64,000 nucleotides of DNA from Macrostomum lignano (GCA_002269645.1 NIVC01000363.1:186001-250000); one strand, 5' to 3'; positions 1-44,001 are shown, numbered from the stretch's first letter. Numbers and translations are program-made. The notes: a model not told the origin generated them from the sequence alone.

Positions 1-136
1 CGCCTCTGGTGCTGGCGCCTCTGGTGCTGGCGCCTCTGGTGCTGGCGCCTCTGGTGCTGGCGCCTCTGGTGCTGGCGCCTCTGGTGCTGGCGCCTCTGGT
101 GCTGGCGCCTCTGGTGCTGGCGCCTCTGGTGCTGGC
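1..136. repeat. 15-bp tandem repeat (CGCCTCTGGTGCTGG)n, truncated by the window start
   Basis: Perfect 15-bp period seen directly. It lies upstream of the calmodulin-like exon at 244, so presumably in an intron. Confidence 0.97.
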
Positions 137-243
137 AAAAAGACAGGCAAATTACTTGTAGACGTACATACATGTACACACAAAAATTTAGAAAGACACA
201 CCAGCAGTCAATCAATCTCGTGTTTAACCTGCTCGCCCTGAAG

Positions 244-554
244 GTATTCGACAAGGACGGCAACGGGCTGATTGACAGCTCCGAGCTGAAGCGAGTCATG
301 GCCAGCCTTGGTGAGGAGCTCAGCGACCAGGAGATCGACGAGATGATTCGCGAGGCAGATCGCAATGGCGACGGGTTCGTGGACTACGGAGGTAAGTGCA
401 TGGCAACCCTGGCCAGCTGCTACACTCACTGGAAAGTATCAAAATGTCAAGAGCTTGAGCAAACTTTAACAAACGGAATTTCGATTAACATCAAACGCCA
501 ACCAAACATATTTCAATTTTAGAATTCTCAAGGATCGTCTTCTCGAAGCGATAA
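244..554 (+). CDS. Calmodulin-like EF-hand protein, last two exons (244-391 and 523-554); 5' part lies outside the window
   Basis: Translation [49 protein letters not shown]|[10 protein letters not shown] has two canonical 12-residue EF loops. AG acceptor at 242-243, GTAAGT donor at 392, TTTTAG acceptor at 517-522, phase 1 matches, TAA at 552-554. Confidence 0.88.
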
Positions 555-974
555 TATTGAAGCGAATATGAGTTGCCCCAAGTAACTATCCAAGTTTACT
601 CCACTCTACACCGACTCAAACCTCGAATGAATTTATATGCCTTTTAAATAACATTTGTTCTTTATTGTACTACTATTAGTAGAGAAGAAAAAAATACACA
701 ACTTTTATAGTAATTCTCGACTGCTACTTAACAAAAAGTTTACCAGGACCCCGCATATGTATTTAAATGTCTTTTTATATTATTAGAAACGTATTTATCA
801 ATTTAAACAATATAAAGATAATATGAATAATGCAAATAATATAATAATATGCAAGAATATTGATTTACCTTATAGTATATACTTTATCATTTTAAGATCA
901 AATTGCATACCAAGATTTCTCGGACTATCGAGCACAAACAGCACAAATCAATGTTTGAGTCAATTTTTAGTACA

Positions 975-1460
975 TGCCTGAAGGTGGCTCTTTCCGCTCG
1001 GCAGTTGAGACGGTGCTGACCTACGGGCTGGAAGCCGTCCCCATGACTGCCACTCGTGAGGCGAGCTTGGAGGCCTGCCATCGCCACCTCCTGCGCAATG
1101 CCCTGGGCATCCGGTTCCCCAAGCGCGTGAGCAACGCTGAGCTGATGGCCTGGACCCGCGTGCCGTGCCTGGGCCGCACCTTGCAGAGGCGACGCCAGAT
1201 GTTGATCGGCCACTGCCTGCGGGCCCACACACGGGGCACTGGGCCGCCGCTCGCTGACCTGCTGCCTCAGCCCGCCTTGTGGGAGACTCCACCGGGGCCA
1301 GGCACGCTGCACCACTCTGACTGACACCTTTCTCACTGACTTGCAGGCTCTGGGCCTTACCCTTTAGTCTGCAGCTAGGCTGGACTCAGCTGTTTTCCAC
1401 CAGCCGGTGCTTCGCTGACCCCTGAGCCAGCGTCTGTTTAATAATAATAATAATAATAAG
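975..1460 (+). mobile_element. 5'-truncated non-LTR retrotransposon (RTE-like) 3' end with (AAT)n tail
   Basis: ORF 974-1324 (VETVLTYGLEAVPMT...LEACHRHLLRNALGIRFPKRVSNAELM...RRRQMLIGHCLR) resembles the post-RT region of RTE-type LINEs (YGxEaW...rilgI.W.drvsN.ev...RlrwlGHv.R). An AATAATAAT tail follows at about 1439-1458. Confidence 0.75.
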
Positions 1461-2548
1461 GCGAGTTTCTCATTTTTCATGGTAAAACAAAGCAGGAAAT
1501 ATTTTAACAAAAGTTGTCCTGCTAGAAAGAATTTATTTTATAAAGACAAAGATCATTATTGATAAAAGTTGCTTAAAATATTAGTTAGTGGAACATTAAT
1601 TATAAATAAAAAAATAAGGCAAACACTCTTTTTTTCTATATTTTAAACACCTTCGTGTTTATACCACGAGCAAAATATAATCTTGACAGGATTTTGCTAA
1701 AGACTTATTAAAAAATATTCAATTCCGTATAAATTTAATTTAATAAGTGTGTTGTGTTTGAATTCACTTCTATCCAAAAGATTGTCAAAAAGTAGTAAGA
1801 TAGAAATGACAAAATTGTAACTTAAGCTGCTAAATCAAAACATTCCAGGTGTATATAGCATGTTTTGGTAATGCTGGGTGTCTTACTTTCATATTATCTA
1901 CTTGTAGTAGGTAGTGCTAATATTAATTTTCAACTATCTAGTTTTCCCGATAGACTTAAAAACATGGAAAAACACTAAGAAGACACTAAAAGAGGAGGCA
2001 CAACCTGAGGCAGACGGAAAGGATTAAATATTAAGCTGCTCTAATATAACTTGTTGTCACGAAGGCCACAGTTAATCAGCAGAAAGTTAAATAAATTATT
2101 GTAGTTAATAGAAAGGTGCGAAATATCACACATCCGTAAATAATGTTATGTGGCGAAATCAGTAAAAATTACAAGGTACATGTAAACTTTCTATTATAAA
2201 TAGTAAAAACGCGAAAATTATATTCACTGAAAATAAGCGACAATAACATAAATAAGTGACGTATCTGTGTTTCACAATTGTGCAGAGTTTGTTTAAATCA
2301 AAGAATTTAGTAAATCTGCGTCGACCAAAAAGGCAAATATAAAGTGGATAAAGACATTTTAATCGTATGCAAATTGAATATCCATTCGCGAACCAGCTAC
2401 TCACAGTAGTGTAGTAAACCAAATAGTTTACGAAAACATATTGTATAGAATACAGCATGTCGTGAAAACTAACTAAAGCCACTGTTTGTTAATTCGATAA
2501 CGATCGCATTTTAGTTTTTTATGCTTTTCCACTTCATCCCTTGGGGCT

Positions 2549-33247
<30,699 letters not shown>

Positions 33248-35534
33248 CTAATGCCAACTGATCTAATTAGCTGCAAGTGGATAGTGTTTTAGCGATAAGT
33301 ATGAGTAGGTTCAGTAAATTAACAGTCTACAAAAGTTGAGAATAATTCCAAACTAAAAAAACTCTGAGAGCTGAGTTAAATTAATTTATTTTATTTATCT
33401 GGAATTTGCAGAAGCCTAGAATATATAAGAATCTTTTTTAAGTGAATCTTCATGTATACACGAACAGTATTTACAATTTTACACTGAGCAAACACTTTTA
33501 TATGTATATCTTGCACACATTTTAAGAACTCGTTTGTCTGGCAGAATCAGAGCACTGGAAACACCTACTTGAGTGTAACTGTATATACAAATTATAAATA
33601 GTTACTAAAGTGAAAGTATTTGTACAAATAAATGGAAAATGATTTACAACTATTTGTTTACTAAAAACAGTTTACTTGATTAAAAATTAAGCGCGAATAT
33701 TCTCATTCGCATGTAGATACAAATAAAACTATACAATAGGAAATAAGTCTAAACCGAATGCTATTTCAACACTAATAGCCTTTGCTGATGCATTTTTAAG
33801 TGGTAATAACCAATTTTTATACATGAGATAATAATCATAGGGCTATGTTACAAAATACACTAAACTATCGGAGCAGACGGCTTTTTCTGTCTAGCTGTGT
33901 ATTTCATAGTATAATGTAATACATTCTATTATCCCTTTCCGTCATAGGAGTGAGAAATATTAGCTTCCCTCCAGTACATATTTTATAAAAAAATTATTGA
34001 TGTCGCCATCCAGTCCCAGCTAGTTTAATTTTATGATACGAAAAAATTCGCTTTTAAATATTAAAATGGATACTGCAGCTTTTTTGGTAAAGCATATTTT
34101 CTGCAATACTAAAACTTTTTAAGTTTATGTATTATCAAGGGTTCGAACGGCTTAGTGATGCTTCAGTTTGAATATTTTATTCATCTGCTTTTTGGTCAAT
34201 AAATTTTTGTCCATGACCATACGCTTCAATAAAGAATAAAAGAATGCAAGTTGAATTCTGACTTTCTGTTGCCTGCATCTTTTGTAAACAGAATGCGAAG
34301 TAAAACAAAAGAGATTGTAAATGATATAAATATACTAAATTCTATTAGTTTAAAATATATATTTTATTTCTAATTATTTAAAAGTTATTTAATTAGATAA
34401 TCTAATAGTTATAGTACCAATAGTTCTAAACAAGCGTTAACAGGACTTCGCATGTGTCAAGACTTATCAACAGGACTTATCAAATAATATGTGTCAAGTG
34501 TCAATCTTGTCAATGTATCAAGACGTGTTGACGGAATTCAAACTATTTTAAATAAACACCTAAATGAACGAGAAAGAGAAAAGTAAATATTTATTTTTTG
34601 TGTTGTCTCGACAGAACTCTAAAAATCGAAGAAGTTGTACAGCTAGGTTGCATGATGTACATATTTATTTTCCAGCGAACTTTTGAGTCGTAGTATAAAT
34701 TATAACAATAAAAAACTAAAAATTACACATGTTCTTGAATTTCCATGGTCTACAACCACGTATCGTGAAGAAACATAAAAATTAAATACGAACAAAGAAA
34801 CGTACTATACACTGCTAGCAAAAATTGGTCTATATAATACGAGTTATAAAAAACGCTTTTAGCAAGTCAGTAGTGCATCACAAACAAAAAAAATTAAATT
34901 TAAAATAATATTACTTCGCTTATACCAAAGTTGGAACTTTATAATTCAAACACTATCTTTTCTTTCACTCATATTTCACGAATTGAATTCATAAATACAC
35001 TGTGAGCACAATGAAAAACTGATTGTAAAACATATACAAGAGCGCATGTTTAGACTAAAGATAAAAAATACCGCATATCAGCGACATCAAAGATGCACTA
35101 TAAATCATATAGAGGTTTGCTATGTACAAGGCCGGTTGAGCGAAGTTTTGAAAATGCAGTTATGACGGTAGCGAGTGCACGCATGAGAGATACATTGTAA
35201 ATAGAAATAAAAAGTTACCTTGCAGTTTAAAATAGTGCATAAACGTACAGTAGACACAAAAAACTCAGTCACAACTTTCTCCAATATTTGAGTTAAAGTT
35301 ATTAAAGTTATAAAACAATGCCATATTTGGGACATAAAAAACTCATATTTACACATTCGGCGTAATTTCTCGTGCAAGCTTTAAAAGCTTCGACAAAGAA
35401 ATTCGATTTCGATATATAAATGTACATGTATATGGAACACTCATTTTTATGTTTATCCGATATGTTTTGTCGGTTTAAATCGTTTTTTCTGAGATGAAGG
35501 GTTAGAAATAAACACGAACCCTACATTCATATAT

Positions 35535-36945
35535 ACGAGTCAACCACTGAATAATCTTAAGTTGACCCACTAAAGAATCCAGAGTTGAACCATCATGAAT
35601 AATCCAGAGTTGACTCACCATGAAGAATCCAGAGTTGACTCACTAAAGAATCCACAGTTGACCCATTGAAGAATCCACAGTTGACCCACTGAAGAATCCA
35701 CAGTTGACCCATTGAAGAATCTTAAGTTGACCCACGGAAGAATTCAGAGTTGACTCACCATGAATAATCCAGAGTTGACTCACCATGAAGAATCCAGAGT
35801 TGACTCACTAAAGAATCAAGAGTTGACTCACCATGAAGAATCCAGAGTTGACCCACTGCAGAATCCAGAGTTGACCCACTGAAGAATCCAGAGTTGACCC
35901 AATGCAGAATCCAGAGTTGACCCACTGTAGAATCCAGAGTTGACCCACTGTAGAATCCAGAGTTGACCCACTGTAGAATCCAGAGTTGACCCACTGCAGA
36001 ATCCAGAGTTGACCCACTGAAGAATCCAGAGTTGACCCACTGGAAGAATCCAGAGTTGACCCACTGAAGAATCCAGAGTTGACTCACTGAAGAATCCAGA
36101 GTTGACCCACTGAAGAATCCAGAGTTGACCCACTGGAAGAATCCAGAGTTGACCCACTGGAAGAATCCAGAGTTGACTCACTGAAGAATCCAGAGTTGAC
36201 CCACTGAAGAATCCAGAGTTGACCCACTAAAGAATCCTTAAGTTGACCCACTGAAGAATCCAGAGTTGATCCACTGCAGAATGCAGAGTTGACCCACTGA
36301 AGAATCCAGAGTTGACCCACTGCAGAATCCAGAGTTGACCCACTGAAGAATCCAGAGTTGACCCACTGCAGAATCCAGAGTTGACCCACTGCAGAATCCA
36401 GAGTTGACCCACTGAAGAATCCAGAGTTGACTCACTGAAGAATCCAGAGTTGACCCACTGAAGAATCCAGAGTTGACCCACTGGAAGAATCCAGAGTTGA
36501 CCCACTGGAAGAATCCAGAGTTGACTCACTGAAGAATCCAGAGTTGACCCACTGAAGAATCCAGAGTTGACCCACTAAGAATCCAAGTTGACCCACTGAA
36601 GAATCCAGAGTTGATCCACTGCAGAATGCAGAGTTGACCCACTGAAGAATCCAGAGTTGACCCACTGCAGAATCCAGAGTTGACCCACTGAAGAATCCAG
36701 AGTTGACCCACTGCAGAATCCAGAGTTGACCCACTGCAGAATCCAGAGTTGACCCACTGAAGAATCCAGAGTTGACTCACCATGAAGAATCCAGAGTTGA
36801 CCCACTGAAGAATCCAGAGTTGACCCACTGGAAGAATCCAGAGTTGACCCACTGGAAGAATCCAGAGTTGACCCACTGGAAGAATCCAGAGTTGACCCAC
36901 TGGAAGAATCCAGAGTTGACCCACTGAAGAATCCTTAAGTTGATC
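35535..36945. repeat. 23-bp minisatellite (GAGTTGACCCACTGAAGAATCCA)n just downstream of the RING gene
   Basis: Periodicity is visible directly. It accounts for the ORFs at 35755-37022. Confidence 0.95.
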
Positions 36946-37107
36946 CAATGCCCCAAGCAATTTATACTACTTAAAGCTCTTAAATTACACAAAAGAGTGT
37001 CCTTTTTCCTAAAGAAAGGCAAGAAACCAGCTCGTTTTTGGAGCAGACACTGGACCCTGTCTGAACACTACAGAGAACTAATTCAGTAGTTTCGCACAAT
37101 GCCAGGC

Positions 37108-37641
37108 TCATAGGTACAGCAGCGTGAATCCTGTGGTGCCGGTTCTACAGCAGAAGCACACTGACCGAGTCCTGTACCAGGCCAGCAGGCAAGGCAAGCA
37201 GGCGACGTGGCCGCAGTTGGCCGCAGCGGAGGGCCCGACCTTCGACAGGCTGGTGAGGCAGATGCGACAGGCTGGTGCGGCAGCGTCTGTGTCGGATGGA
37301 GTCTGCTGTTGACTCCGCTGCAGCTGCTGCTGATTGATGCAGCAGCAGTCGGAGATGCCCGAGTCCGAACTGACAGGCCGGCTGCCATCAGCATCATCGT
37401 CATCATTAACATCGGTCTCGACTGTCCTTAGTCTTCGTCGGTAGAGCTGCTGCAGCTGGGCGTACAGCTGTCGGGGATGCTGCTGAGGCGGCGGCGGAGA
37501 TGCCAACGATGGAGCTGGAATCCAACGGTGCTGCTGATGCTGGTTGCTGGCCGTGGCCGCCGCATCCGCAGGCGCTGGCAGCACCAGCTGCAGTCGGAAT
37601 GGCGGATTACGTATCGAAGTGATCGATCTTGGCTGCTCCAT
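37108..37641 (-). CDS. Single-exon C3HC4 RING-finger protein (putative E3 ligase), about 177 aa from MEQPRS
   Basis: C-terminal CRICLTSLSKVGPSAAANCGHVACLPCLLAWYRTRSVCFCCR fits RING-HC spacing. The N-terminus is low-complexity (Gln/Pro/Asp). The start codon is uncertain because the open frame extends to 37731. Confidence 0.78.
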   Translation of the reverse strand: MEQPRSITSIRNPPFRLQLVLPAPADAAATASNQHQQHRWIPAPSLASPPPPQQHPRQLYAQLQQLYRRRLRTVETDVNDDDDADGSRPVSSDSGISDCCCINQQQLQRSQQQTPSDTDAAAPACRICLTSLSKVGPSAAANCGHVACLPCLLAWYRTRSVCFCCRTGTTGFTLLYL

Positions 37642-38439
37642 GCCGATCAGATTATAGAAATTTAAGCAACGAAGAGAGTACGAGTAACTTTGCAGTCTCT
37701 GGCTTGCTAAATTGGCCACTCGTGCTAACACAGCTCAGTACTCGTCTCAGTTTTGAGTATTATTAGGCACAAGGTGAAGAGTAGGAGGGCTTTGAAGTGG
37801 GCCGTGACTCACAACCCCCCCCCCCCCTGTTCATATAGGCGTACACCGTCGCGCGTTGGTGCAGTTAAACTGCCACCCAGCCCCAGAAATAGACTCACGC
37901 AGCCACAGAATAGCTTCAACTGTACATTGCATGGCACACGCTATTTAGGTTAGGCTCAGAATCGAGCTGTTGAGCATGGGGCAGTATAGGGGGCATTATA
38001 ATCAGAAAATATAGAAACATTCAGCTAGAACTATGAAGTATCTTTGCATCAACCAGTTATACTTCAGCAACTTTAATTAACATACATGTATAGTTTAGTT
38101 AAGCAATGTCATTGATGTCTCAGGAAACCTGTGAAGGAGTCCCGAGCAAGCAGAAATCCTGTCACATGCTGTAGCACCAAAGGGGGCATAGCCAAGATGT
38201 TTCATCGGACTTGAGGGGATTAGCTAGTTGTTGTTGAGCATATTAGACTGTATTCATGCAGATCTGGCACAAAGACAGCTATAGAAGCTTAATTACAACT
38301 GAAAAACTCACAATTCTTTATTTTCCAGACGTTTATAAGAGCTAAAACTTGCAACTTGCAGCCTAAACTACAGATTGACCCTGTCGATAGTTTTTATATC
38401 CTTAAAAACTACTTCACATAATAATAATAATTTATTATT

Positions 38440-38725
38440 ATTTACTCCTGCCCTAATGGCCAGATGTGCAACCGACAGCTCAGCCGCAGCTATTGCGCGG
38501 TGCATCTGAAGGCTGCGTACGGCTGTTCAGTCCAAGGACTGGGGGTCGCCACACACCCTCAATTACCCCAGCTAATGCTGGCACTCATTTTACATCTGGG
38601 TGAACTGAAGCAATGCAGAGTTAACAGTCTTGCTCAAGGACACAAATTGTTCCAGTGGGATCGGGAATCGAACTCCCGACCTTCAAGTCGTGAGTCCGAC
38701 GCTCTGACCAGTAGGCTACAACCCG
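38440..38725 (-). mobile_element. CORE-type tRNA-derived SINE (family A)
   Basis: Near-identical to 61564-61849, with a TAA/ATT-rich tail at the left end. Confidence 0.85.
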
Positions 38726-40066
38726 GTAGTAGTTCACACACCCATCAATTGAGCAAGGTAGTTGATAAAATTATGTAACGTTTAAGACTGATGTTTTTGA
38801 AAAGTATACTGGGCCGTGAGTGCAGTTCGAGCAGAAGCTTTTAGAAGTCAAAGTGACTCACTTTCGGGTCCATTGTCTGTATCCTGCACCTGTTTATTTT
38901 TACTTTACGCGCATTAGCTGGGGCTTCCACATTCTGAGAGCTAAAAGCAATCCACTGTGTCTCTGCCGTGATTTTAAACGTCAATCATGCAGACTGACAA
39001 GCGTGAACAATGGAAGCTTTTTGCAGTGAAACGGAGCTCTTTGATGGTCAGCTTTTAAAAGACTTTCCTATCGAAAAAAATTGGCCACGCATTTCAGTTT
39101 AGGTTAAATCGACAAGAATATTTGCACATTTCATACGCAAGCATTCTCTTTACCTAGGACCACTGGAATGTTATCAGTAGTCCAAGAGCCGAGGGGCCAA
39201 TGACTAGATGTAAGTTGTGAACGGGTTATGAGACGCTCTATTATCCTTGGTCCTTATAGTCTAGTAGTCCTTGTCTCCTTTACAAAGTGCATGATGGCAG
39301 TCTCGAATTGGGGGAACGTCCCTGAGAAAATTCTCTGGGATTAAGCTTGCGTCTCTGAAAATCCTGAATTAGCCTTTTCTTGAAGATATGCAGTTTAGTA
39401 ATTACTAAGGAAAGGAAAACAGCGCCATATACTTCTGGATCGAATATGCGGCCATCTCGACTCTTGCAGGAGCATATGGACAGTGTTCACTGGTAACTTG
39501 AATTTTTCAATTATCAAGTTGGCACTCAAAGGTAGCAAAATGTTGTACAAGTAACTATAGTGTGCTTTTACAGATTTTATTGTCTTTAAATGACGAAATC
39601 CCATTCAGCGTTATGCCTTCTCTAGAGCATACAAAAGGCACAAGCGATGCGATAAATATGATGTTCATTACCGGCAGCGCCTTCCATCTCAGCTGAGAAA
39701 GGCCAGTAATGCCGCCATTCTCATTCAAGCTGGTACTGAAATTTCAAAAAGATTCTTGAACACTCTTGCTTGTATGCAAAATAATGAAAACGGTTGGCTA
39801 TGATCATTATGGTTTTACCGACGTATTTTGCTTTTAAAATATATTTTGAAAAAAGACCTTCTCATAAGACTAGTTGTAGTCTGTCTGTGTAGGCTTCACA
39901 TAGGGCTTCCTTCAAAACGTATTACAACAAGAGAAACCGACAGAGTCTACAGAGCTAAAGAGTAAAGCGTGTTAGAGAGTCACAAGTCTCGGTTTGCAGT
40001 ATTTCTCAAAGGACAATATGAGAAGATAAACTTATTGCCGCCACAGAAAATCTGTTTCTGTTTCAT

Positions 40067-41014
40067 TCACGGAGAACACATGCTGAGAATCTGAGCCACT
40101 TCCAGTTCGCTGATGGCCCGATCGAGAACAGCAAAGCAGTTCATGTGGCCTTGAAACACGCGATTGTGCCCGGTCGATCTGGATATGGCTCCGATCTGCA
40201 CTGAGCTGCCAAAGTGCACACAAGCAGATGATGTCTGAGTCCTGCTGTCTGATTGCTTCAACGAACCATTAACGTACATTCTGATTAGCATCCGGTTGGA
40301 AAAAGTCGCCGAGTCGTAAACTACTGCGAAGTGAGTCCAGCTGACTGATGTGCTCGTCAGGCCAGAAACGGTCTTAGCGAATTCAGCTGTTCCAATCACA
40401 AACTGCAGATTGGTTGTGTCGGGATACAGCCACAGGCGAGTGAAGTACTGATCGGGCATGGAGAGGCCTTCGAGAAGCGGCATCGGACCCCTTGTCGAGT
40501 TGGTGACCTTGACCCACACTGACATGGTGAAGCTGGTGAGACACACCGAAGTCAGCTCGTCAATGTTGAACCGCTCTGACACATCCGACTGACCAGTGAA
40601 GTTGACGGCATTGTCCGTGTACTGCAGCGGGATGTTCTCCTGCAGGTCGAGATGGCCGCTGTTCGGGACCGCATTGCGAGTCCGAGTGGCGTTGCTCATG
40701 GGCCAGAAGGCGACGAAGCCGAGCTCTCTCAAACGACTCCACATCTTGCAGCTAGCATTGTTCGTCCAGACCGTATGGACACTGTCCGACACGTTGCACC
40801 TGCCGTGTCGGTAGCTCCATCCGATGCAGGAGCTCCGACTTGAGCAGAGAGAGGCACAGAAACAGGCGCTGGACGCCTTGAGCTGTTGGCTTGCTTCGAC
40901 CATGAGACAGCCACCGTTGGTTACAGAGAACTTCTGCTGCTTACTGGCGATTGCAACAGAAGTGCTCGCTACGAGAAGGAGAAGCAAACGCATCACTACA
41001 CTCGAGAGATTCAC
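40067..41014 (-). CDS. Secreted PAN/apple-like + LamG/pentraxin-like (ConA-fold) protein, copy A, intact, 315 aa
   Basis: Hydrophobic signal peptide, Cys-rich module (C..CASLCS.RSSCIGWSY..GRC), then LamG-like motifs (vAFWPM, FTMSVWVK, WTHFAVVYD, MYVNG, VQIGA, FQGHMNCFAVLDRAIS). No introns. Confidence 0.8.
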   Translation of the reverse strand: MNLSSVVMRLLLLLVASTSVAIASKQQKFSVTNGGCLMVEASQQLKASSACFCASLCSSRSSCIGWSYRHGRCNVSDSVHTVWTNNASCKMWSRLRELGFVAFWPMSNATRTRNAVPNSGHLDLQENIPLQYTDNAVNFTGQSDVSERFNIDELTSVCLTSFTMSVWVKVTNSTRGPMPLLEGLSMPDQYFTRLWLYPDTTNLQFVIGTAEFAKTVSGLTSTSVSWTHFAVVYDSATFSNRMLIRMYVNGSLKQSDSRTQTSSACVHFGSSVQIGAISRSTGHNRVFQGHMNCFAVLDRAISELEVAQILSMCSP

Positions 41015-42535
41015 TGCAGTCTAGACTTCTCTTAAATTCTTCAGATAACTGTTGATTTGCGGACGAAGTGTTCGTGGATGCCGTCTGTGGCCAGCTACTG
41101 AATGCTTTGAATATTCGTGGCAACGGATCTGCTTCGACTGCGCGTCGAATGTCGCGCTATAGGCTGCGGGTAGCTCAAACAAGATTTTTTCTTAAAGGGA
41201 AACTACGCAAGCGAGGTCGCCAATGAGACAGCGCGCACATGTTAACACTGTTGTCCCATCGCAGGCCTTGCCTGCCTCGTTTCATCCAATGCATCAACTT
41301 TTTGTTTGTCTTGCTTCAGGAAGCTGCGTTTGCCAAAGATAATTTCCGCATTATGTTAAGTTTCATAGACAAGCCAAATGGGGTGTCAAATATTCATATT
41401 TGGTCTTATAAATGGAAGCGGAATATCAAAACGGCCGTCTCACTGTTGGCTCTCACTACTGAGCCTTTGTTTGCAGGCGGCAAACATGACAGAAGCACTC
41501 GCTAGAACAGGTACGAGCGGAACCAAGAAAGCTCTGCTCCGATCAAACCTGGCTCCAATGGACATCGCAAAGTTCTGATGACTGTATCCTGGATCTTATA
41601 GAGTATCGTAACTGAAATGGTAATCTGGGTTAGGATTCGTAAAACAGACGAGGAAACAGACGTCAGACCTTGAATTCGATCTACACTCACTGCCGACACA
41701 AAAGTGGAATCCGAAAACGACTTTTCCATTTTCGGAAGTTCCCACCAAGACATCGAAGCATTAGCCTGCAGTTCCTGCATTTATTTGTTTGTTCGAAATA
41801 AAGTTTGACTCTTTCCAAAACCCAGCAACCGCTCATAGCAGATGAAGCTACCGCAGGTAAACTACAGTTGTGAGTACCCGTGCGCATCTGGCAAACAGTA
41901 TTTGAAGCAAACAAAAACAAAATTTTAAGTAATTAACCTTTGAAATCCGAATACTTCAGCTCTAAAATAATTCTTGCAGTATCCACGAAATGAACAGGTC
42001 TGGACTCCGGCTCAGATAGGGGCATTGGAAGCTGCATTTAAATCCACTTGCTAAGACAATGAAAATTACTTGCAAATACTCCCCAATTAGATTGTTCGCG
42101 CTAAAAAACTGAGGACTGCTGAAGTATGAGCGAACTATGTTGCTTGAACCGTCCTTGGTTTTCGAGTAAAACTCCCCAACTTGATTGGCATCCAAGAACA
42201 AGGCAAAAAAGCTCTTATTGAAACAGTTGAGGATTTCAATCATTCGGAAAGCCAGTTTCAGCAACAGGTGTAAGAAATTACAGCGCACAGTATCATGGGA
42301 AAATATAAAGCAAAGTATTCTCGATACTTCCTTTTGAAGGACGGATTCCGCTTCGAAAAGGCTTGCATTTGGAATCTCAAATACGTGAATGAGTTCGATT
42401 GGCCTCATAAAGAAATTTGAAGAAGCTGCCAGTTAAACCCAGAGGCTCGAATTTTGCTATAAATTCCCGATGTTCAATGCCACACCCAGGAAACTCGCTG
42501 AAGCTGATCAGATTAATTCTTGAAGCATCAATAAA

Positions 42536-43462
42536 ATGATTCATTTCATTATACTGGGGATTCTATTCCTCTCAAGTAAAACAATAGACTGCAGCGAGCT
42601 GCACGGACACATCTCGGTCGGCGGCTGCGTGGTGCCGCAGACTCCGCAGCACTCGCTGGCGGCCTCGAGCGCCCGCATGTGCGCCTTTCTGTGCTCTCAG
42701 CTCCGTCGTCCCTGCATCGCCTGGAGCCACCGCGCAGGCGTCTGCAACATGTCGGACAGCCTCCAGACCGCCAGTCTGACGAACGACACCGACTGCCAGG
42801 CGTGGAGCGCCCTGCGCCAGCTCGGCCTCGTCGCCTTCTGGCCCATGAGCAACGCCACTCGGACTCGCAATGCGGTCTCGAACAGCGGCCATCTCGACCT
42901 GCAGGAGAACATCCCGATGCAGTACACGGACAGCGCCATCAACTTCACTGGTCAGTCGGGTGTGTCAGAGAGGTTCAACATTGACGAGCTGACTTCGGTG
43001 TGTCTCAGAAACTTCACCATCTCCATGTGGATAAAAGTCAACGACCCGGATTGCCGTCCAATGCCCCTGTTCGAAGGTCTGGTCCTGCCCGTCGAGTATC
43101 TCACTCGCATCTGGCTGTACCCGGATTGCTCCACAATGGAATTTACCGTGTTTTCACCTGAGACGCACACCAAATCGGGTCAACCAATCAACCATACAGG
43201 CGATTGGACTCATATCGCTAGCGTGTATGACATGACGATTCCAGCCACCACGCTGTACATCAATGGCACGCCAGTCAACACAACAACTTCGGTGGCTTCA
43301 ACCGTGAATTCGTGCGTCAACTTTGGTTCGACCGTGCTAATTGGAGCCATCGTCCGCTCGACTCCGCACAACCGCGTGTTCCTGGGCCAAATGCGCTGCT
43401 TTGGTGTGTCGGCAAGAGCGCTTGGAGTCGACGAGGTCACTCAGATGATGCGGATTTGTTAG
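42536..43462 (+). CDS. Secreted PAN/apple-like + LamG/pentraxin-like protein, copy B, intact, 308 aa
   Basis: Same architecture as copy A. Signal peptide starts MIHFIILGILFLSS; motifs include WTHIASVYD, LYING and FLGQMRCF. Confidence 0.8.
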   Translation: MIHFIILGILFLSSKTIDCSELHGHISVGGCVVPQTPQHSLAASSARMCAFLCSQLRRPCIAWSHRAGVCNMSDSLQTASLTNDTDCQAWSALRQLGLVAFWPMSNATRTRNAVSNSGHLDLQENIPMQYTDSAINFTGQSGVSERFNIDELTSVCLRNFTISMWIKVNDPDCRPMPLFEGLVLPVEYLTRIWLYPDCSTMEFTVFSPETHTKSGQPINHTGDWTHIASVYDMTIPATTLYINGTPVNTTTSVASTVNSCVNFGSTVLIGAIVRSTPHNRVFLGQMRCFGVSARALGVDEVTQMMRIC

Positions 43463-43714
43463 TAGTGCTGCTTAAGCCACTGCGAGCCAGCTGTTGAACT
43501 GTAGCTCGCTTTTGTTCAAAGAGCCGACGCAACGCATATTGCTGTCGTATTTTTGTTTAAAATCTATGGTCAAAACATTTATATCTGATAATTACGAGTA
43601 CACATATCAATGAGTAGTATCAAAGTCTCTGTATGAAAACGTTAGTGCAATTGGAAGAACTTTAACGCGTTACTAATTCGAACTATTAAACGAATAATAA
43701 TTAACACTAATTGA

Positions 43715-44001
43715 CTACACCTGCCTTAATGTGCACGTGCACAACCGACAGCTCAGCCGCAGCTATTGCGCGGCGCATCGAAGGCTGCGTACGGCTGTTC
43801 AGTCCAATGACCTGGAAGGTCGCCCCACACAGCCTCCAATTACCCCAGCTAATGCTGGCACCCATTTTACAGCTGGGTGAACTGAAGCAATTCAGAGTTA
43901 AGTGTCTTGCTCATGGACCAATTGTTCTGAGTGGGTCGAGAATCGAACCCCCGACCTTTTAGTCACGAGTCCGACGCTATAACCACAAGGCTACAACCCC
44001 C
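43715..44001 (-). mobile_element. CORE-type tRNA-derived SINE (family A)
   Basis: Same body as the other family A copies. The minus-strand head is GGGGTTGTAGCCTTGTGGTTATAGCGTCGGACTCGTGAC...GGTTCGATTC. Confidence 0.82.

Noticed and set aside
41300-42450. Short ORFs between lectin-like copies A and B, with a faint FQNPATAHS resemblance to a mariner motif
   Set aside because: Many stops, no DDE/D triad and no terminal inverted repeats were seen, so this is too weak to call.
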